A stretch of DNA of 63,934 nucleotides, the filler included, from Aduncisulcus paluster (Eukaryota), in assembly GCA_024181965.1 (NCBI GenBank). It is 7 parts of 7 records of this genome, joined end to end, with 100 filler letters (N's around TTAATTAATTAA, not from the genome) between each part and the next. Parts side by side here need not be neighbours in the genome. Positions count along the whole stretch, not along the records: positions 51,548 to 62,295 come from BQXS01010017.1; positions 62,396 to 63,934 come from BQXS01010191.1; 5 more parts are not named here. One strand, written 5' to 3'. Positions 58,477 through 63,934 of the stretch are shown here, in pieces. The position numbers and the translations under genes were made by a program. Each line of letters begins with the position of its first letter. Within the stretch, counting starts at the first letter, position 1. A model generated the notes under the pieces. The model worked only from the letters and a program-made list of their open reading frames with translations. It ran no database searches and was not told the DNA's origin.

Positions 58477-59032
58477 ATTGGATATTGAAACGAATTAATG
58501 GTGAAAATGGTGTGCTTGTCGACAAAATGTCTGACTATTTCACACAACATTATCAAACATATCAGAGCACCACTAGCGGCGAAAAGGCATTACAAAGAAT
58601 GCTAAAAATAGTTTTGAGTTTTAAAATGTCCAATTTATTTTCTGTTACTATGTCAGTGTCATCACCCGATTCTATAGCAGTGGAGAAAAGATGATCAATT
58701 ATTTTATGATTAAATATTCAGAGGATAAAGCTTTTTAATAGGATTTTCAGCAATATATCATTCATAAAAGTAGCAACAGACATGTTACAATTGCCAGTTG
58801 ATATTTATTGTAAATAAACAAAAAATCAGAAATAGGATACTAAAAACGAAAAGGAATATGACATAATTATGATGGAAAAGCTAATTTGGGCGTCCAAGGG
58901 ATTCCCTTGAAGGGAAACAATGAAAAAAAGAGATTGAATATGTTCTAAAAATAAACACATTCAAGATATGGGAGAGAAAGAGTGAGGATTTAGATGTGAA
59001 TAAAATGCAAAAGAAAACGATTCGATCTCCTT

Positions 59033-59503
59033 CTACCCACCCAGTGCATGCTTGGTCACATGGTCTCGGACAGCCTTATCATATGCATCTTTACCTTTTT
59101 TCATCAAAGCCGCAGCATCACTATTTAAGGGAGAATCAGGATTTCCATCCATGAGAAGGGATGAAAGACTCAATAAGACCTTTTCAACGGTCATACAAGA
59201 TTGCCATTTGCCATCGAGAATATCAAGGCAAATGGAACCACTAGTACTAATATTGGGGTGAAACATGGGTGTTTTGAATACAATCTTGGGGGGATTGAAT
59301 GGATAAGTCTTCGGAAATTCAATAGAACATCGGAAGAGTCCACCTTCATATGGAGTGTCAATGGGCCCATAAATAATACCATCCCACTTCTGAATACACT
59401 CCTCATGAGGAGATATCGAATATATTAGGGCATCCTTGGACTTAATACCACGCTGATAAGCTCCAAGTTCAGCAATTATACGTTTGTAACATAGACCACT
59501 CAT
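59033..59503 (-). CDS. Ubiquitin-conjugating enzyme E2 (Ubc4/5-like)
   Basis: KRIIAEL, GPIDTPYEGGLF, FPKTYPFNPPKIVFKTPMFHPNISTSGSICLDIL (HPN motif and active-site Cys), NPDSPLNSDAA. Confidence 0.96.
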   Translation of the reverse strand: MSGLCYKRIIAELGAYQRGIKSKDALIYSISPHEECIQKWDGIIYGPIDTPYEGGLFRCSIEFPKTYPFNPPKIVFKTPMFHPNISTSGSICLDILDGKWQSCMTVEKVLLSLSSLLMDGNPDSPLNSDAAALMKKGKDAYDKAVRDHVTKHALGG

Positions 59504-59525
59504 CCAGATCAATGGTGTGATGTAA

Positions 59526-59710
59526 CTTATATCAAAAAAAAAATTATAAATAATATATCGTCAGAAAAAAACGAAAAGAATATCCCGACTCCCTTATTCC
59601 TGTCCTATTCGGAAGTGTCGGTTTTGAGAAGACTGAGGAATAACAGAATAAATAAGATTTGGAATACTCCATCATGTGATTATTCAGGGAAAAAAAAATC
59701 TCTTACTTAC
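59526..59710 (-). other. Candidate 5'-UTR intron of the E2 gene (185 nt)
   Basis: Donor CAG|GTAAGT, branch-like TTCTGAC (A at 59561), long T tract, ATAAG| acceptor 22 nt before the ATG. Confidence 0.45.
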
Positions 59711-60184
59711 CTGCTGCTTGGTCAAAGATATAAAGGAGAAAGAATTAAATTTGTGGTTGAAGAGAAAAATAAACATAATCTATACAGTTTCAAATGTATT
59801 TTATAAAATGGGATTATTTTTGAAATGTTCTCCTTGTTTATATGGGGCAATCAGCCGCATTCAAGGATCTACTGTTTTACTTCTCGAAGAAAACGTTTTA
59901 TAAAATATGAATAAGCTTTTGGGAATATTTAAGATTATATATTAAACTTTTTTAAATAGAAAATGAGCTTATCTTTCTAGTCAAGCCTCCAACATTTCCG
60001 CCTTGTATCTCTCTTAATTTAAAATAAAATAAAATTATTTCATTAGATTATTAATTTATATGTTTAATTATTTTATTTTATCGCTAGTAAATTGTTATGA
60101 CATGCTCCGAATTGATTTTAGAAGTTTTGCTCTGGATTGGAGGGATTAGAACATAATTAAGTTCTATTTCTATTATATTTCCAA

Positions 60185-62295
60185 ATGTCAGATAAATTCT
60201 CATCTTCTTCTGGATCTCAATTGGACAAAGATATCTTAACTAGTCTTGTGTCTGCAATCAATTCTATATCATCACAACAAGAAGATTCCATTTCGTCTTT
60301 GCATACAAAAGTCGATTTTCTTTCAACAACATTTTTTATCCATGCGCGTAAGATTGAAAAAATTGAATTTATGATTGAGAAAATGTATTCAATGTTCTCA
60401 CATCTTGCTCAATCAGATATCTCATCCCATATTGCATCCCATGACTCTAAAACAAGTTTAGATGGTCATTCTTTCGCTTCCGATGAGTTTTGTAAGAAAG
60501 CTCCTATGCCCAGTGATATTTCTGGTTATGGCGATCCTGGTTATTCTATTGTTGGTTTAGATGCAGATAATGATGATATAAATCCCTCTGATAAGCAAAC
60601 CATCGATGATACTAAAGATATTTCTGATAATTACGATGTTACTTTGAACTATTATTCTTCAGTCTCAGATACTAATCCATTACATCCAAGCCATCATCAA
60701 CACGATATTTCTTCTCAAAAACCTAAAAATAGACAGTCCACTTCCTCCTATTCATATCATTCAATGGGAGGGGAAGATAGTGAAGAGGTATCATCTTCAA
60801 CTACTTCTTCCTCCCATTGTTCTCGAAATTCTTCTCAAGATCCTAAAAATAGCCACATTCATCGTCACCAAATAGATCAAATTGAGATATTGTTCTCTGA
60901 AGATCACCAAAAAGATAATACTAAAGATTCTAAAATAGAAGATGAACTTTCGAAAAAGCTACAAGAACAATCTACGGCTGTCGTATATGGTCCCAGTTCT
61001 GATCCTCAGACCGATAATGAGTCAAATAATAACGAATTAGGACAAAAAGAAGAAAGGGAAAAAGAAAGTGAAGGTAGTAAGGGTGATCGACAAAGTCCTA
61101 TTTCCGATCAGAAGCATTGTTGCCAAAGAGAGAGTGCTGTTCTTTGCCATTCAAACAAACAAGAAGAAAGAGGAGGAGAAAGAGGAGGAGAAGAAGACAA
61201 ATATGAATATGAACTATCCTTACCCTCACAACAGAGACCTATTGAAGAAGAGAAAGAAGGAGAAGATCGCTATACGGCAGCTTCAACTTCTAAAGATTCT
61301 CAAGATCTAAAAATAGATAATACAACTGATAAAGAAACTATTAGTAATAGCTCCATCATTCTTATTCAGGAGGGTGAGAAAGTGATAAAAATAGAACCAT
61401 GTTCTTCTCAAGATGGTGATTATGATCATTCTGAAGGTGTTAAAATCTGTGTAAAGGAAGAACAACAAAAAGAAATAGAAAATGTCAAAGCCAGCTCCCA
61501 AGTCCAAGTCAGTTCCAAGTCAACCAAGCCTATAGAAGATAAAGATGAATCACAAGATTCATCGATATTTATATTAACAAATAGCAGAAATGATAATGAT
61601 AAAACTAATATAGATAATGATATAGATATTGATATGATAGATATCAAACATGGGAAAACAAACAGTGAAGAATGTCCTGTTCTATCTGAGCTTGGTCTAG
61701 CTTCGATTCACATACATCCGCCGTTTAACAATACATTTTCCTCTTCCTCCTCTTCCTCCTCTTCCTCCGCTTTCTCCTCTTCCTCCTCTTCTTCCTCTTC
61801 CTCCTCTTCTCATTCGAAATCCATCAATCATACTGATTCTAAGTCAATTCTCCCACAACGTATATTGGATTGTCCAATTCCAATGACTGTTCCGACTCCT
61901 CCCTATGCATCCATGTTCTCTCTCCAAGCATTTCCAGATAACTCCACTACTACTGATCGAGTCGCTGGAACTCAGTCAATGGATGAACCAAGAACTCCTC
62001 TCTCCACTGCATCCAGACACTCAGGAATCTATGAAGGAACAACCCCCAAAGGAGGAAGTTTCTCCAGGTATCATTCTCTTGATGCACAGTTCCCTCAGCT
62101 CTCTTCTCCTTCCTCTTCATCTCCTTCCTCCCGCTTCTCTCCCATGCAGACTATATGGACCATGTGTTGCACTGATAATCTCTTCACTAATCTCTCTCAG
62201 GAATCTATACAAAGCACTCATTCTGAAGGACAAGAACATAGAGATGGTGCTGAGCATGGAGATGGACAAGAACATGGGCAGCATGGATGTGAACA
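60185..62295 (+). CDS. Hypothetical low-complexity S/D/E-rich protein with short N-terminal coiled coil (3'-partial)
   Basis: About 700 open codons running into the linker; mostly disordered composition. Confidence 0.7.
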
Positions 62296-62395
62296 NNNNN
62301 NNNNNNNNNNNNNNNNNNNNNNNNNNNNNNNNNNNNNNNTTAATTAATTAANNNNNNNNNNNNNNNNNNNNNNNNNNNNNNNNNNNNNNNNNNNN
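62296..62395. other. Artificial contig linker
   Basis: N44-TTAATTAATTAA-N44. Confidence 0.99.
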
Positions 62396-63934
62396 GATCT
62401 CGGAATTCTCCTTTGATATTAAACACGTGTCAGGGAAAGACAACCGAATGGCTGATTTCCTGTCGCGATTAAATGAGAAGGAGGAAATTAGAATGAATAT
62501 AAAATCATTGGTCAGACCTGAGATAAAAAGTACATTAAAAGACAGAATTATCAGGGCTCAGAGCTCTCTAACCGATACTTTCCCGCAAGAACTCAACAAA
62601 TTCGATGAATTTTGGAGAGATGAAGATGGAAAAATATTCATTCCTGACAAAGCAGATGAATTAAAAAATGAATTAGTTGATCTGTTCCACGCCCACGTGC
62701 TTGGTGGACATTTTGGAAAAAAATATACCGCCGAGAGAATTCGTGAAGCTGGCTTCTTTTGGAAGGGTCTAAATAATTTCGTTAAGTCTAGAGTCGATAA
62801 ATGCCTTATTTGTATGAAAAATAAGCCGTTATTGGCTCCCTCAGTGATGGGGACAATCATGAAAAAGGAAGTATTTGAGGAGATCAGTATTGACTCCCTT
62901 GGACCGATTACAAAGGAAGAAGAGAACCCGGTAAAGTATATTATCGTTATAATTGATAATTTCTCAAGATTCGTTGAATTATACCCCACAGAATCAACCA
63001 CTGGAAAAGAAGCAGCTGATGCGGTCTTGAACTGTATTGTCGCAAGACATGGTCTTCCGAAATGTATTCGAACGGATGCAGGACCACAGTACAAGAATGA
63101 GTTGATTCACTCCCTCTGTGAGGCTCTCAATGTAGAACATATCATCACCACTCCACTACACCATCAAGAGAATGGTGATTGTGGAGCGAGTGAATCGGGA
63201 AATTTGGAAACACCTGAAAACTGGATTCACAAGAGGCCTCAGGAGACAGGATTGGCCCGATATGCTTCCCCTTATTATGAATATCTTAAATAACAGGAAG
63301 AGCGAAAACTGGAAGTACAGTCCACACGAGCTGATGTATGGATCTTCTAAAAAGAGAAACCAACTCATAACGGCCTTAGTTGAAAGAGATGATAGCAGAC
63401 CTTTCAGTTCCTTCACCGAGGAAGAGCAGGCTACCGTTTTTGATAAACATATCGAAATTCTCGACAAAAGACTGAAGAAAAGAAGAAAAACAGTAGAAGA
63501 AGAACAAGAAAAAGCGCTAGATGCTCGTGAGAAACGCTTGGACGATGCAGATGGCCCGAAGGAATTCGGAGAGGGCGATTTGGTCTTGCTGACTAGACAA
63601 AAGCAAGCTAGAAAAGGGCAATCTTTGAACTTAGGTCCATACAAAGTGATAAAAAAGACCTCTAAGTTCTATTACAGAGTCGAAGGATTGAACGGAGAAA
63701 AACCTTTCAAAGTACACATCTCTAGAATGAGAGAATGTGATGTGGACGAGGACGAAGAAACGCTAAAGAGCTTACAAGCAACAGATGAGGAAGAATTTGA
63801 GCTCGATAGAATTATTAGCCACACCGGTCGTGGTAAACGTACCATCAAATTCGTAGTTAGATGGAAAGGCTATGAAGAGGATCAGGACTCCGAATTAGCC
63901 TTTAAAGAACTCAAGGATTGCGAAGTCCTAGATG
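62396..63934 (+). mobile_element. Ty3/Gypsy LTR retrotransposon pol fragment: RNase H end, integrase, GPY/F, chromodomain; +1 frameshift near 63177
   Basis: IKHVSGKDNRMADFLSR; HHCC finger (FHAHVLGGHFG...CLIC); ISIDSLG, IDNFSRF, IRTDAG, HHQENG then frameshifted IVERVNREI; SPHELMYG, GDLVLL, GPYKV; EEFELDRIISH...FVVRWKGYEEDQDS. Confidence 0.93.

Noticed and set aside
59704-59757. U1 snRNA (TACTTACCTG ... AATTTGTGG Sm-like site on the + strand)
   Set aside because: Only ~35 nt lie between the motifs and there are no U1 stem-loops; better explained as a minus-strand splice donor.
1-63934. CRISPR arrays, rRNA, prokaryotic operons or defence systems
   Set aside because: No repeat-spacer array, rRNA-like sequence or operon structure seen; the window is eukaryotic.

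Overview
This window is eukaryotic DNA, not prokaryotic. Evidence: tRNA-Ala with an AGC anticodon, GT-AG introns, and BEACH, DENN, REEP, E2, TFIIIC and Ty3/Gypsy sequences, all read in the standard code. It consists of seven separate contigs/scaffolds joined by artificial 100-bp N44-TTAATTAATTAA-N44 linkers, so synteny across linkers is meaningless. Six 20-N gaps carry duplicated flanks that split or inflate three genes. The compact, intron-poor, AT-rich genome with poly-Ser/poly-Glu tracts and an expanded 'SHLSIPFPSPSPMKGAYICV' domain family suggests an anaerobic fornicate flagellate such as Aduncisulcus (recollection/inference, not a search result). Main points of interest: (1) a mosaic receptor-like kinase (LRR, Cys-rich, TM, two jelly-roll-like repeats, kinase) with one in-frame TGA and a possible recombination scar, whose modules recur as stand-alone genes; (2) an intact bacterial-type alanine racemase next to a eukaryotic tRNA-Ala; (3) a REV1/Y-family polymerase homologue lacking its catalytic aspartates; (4) a >=~1,890-aa beta-fibre-like protein beside bacterial-type MATE and DHA2 efflux genes; (5) a chromodomain Ty3/Gypsy integrase; (6) a 90-nt intron that repairs a DENND6-like gene and a candidate 5'-UTR intron in an E2 gene.
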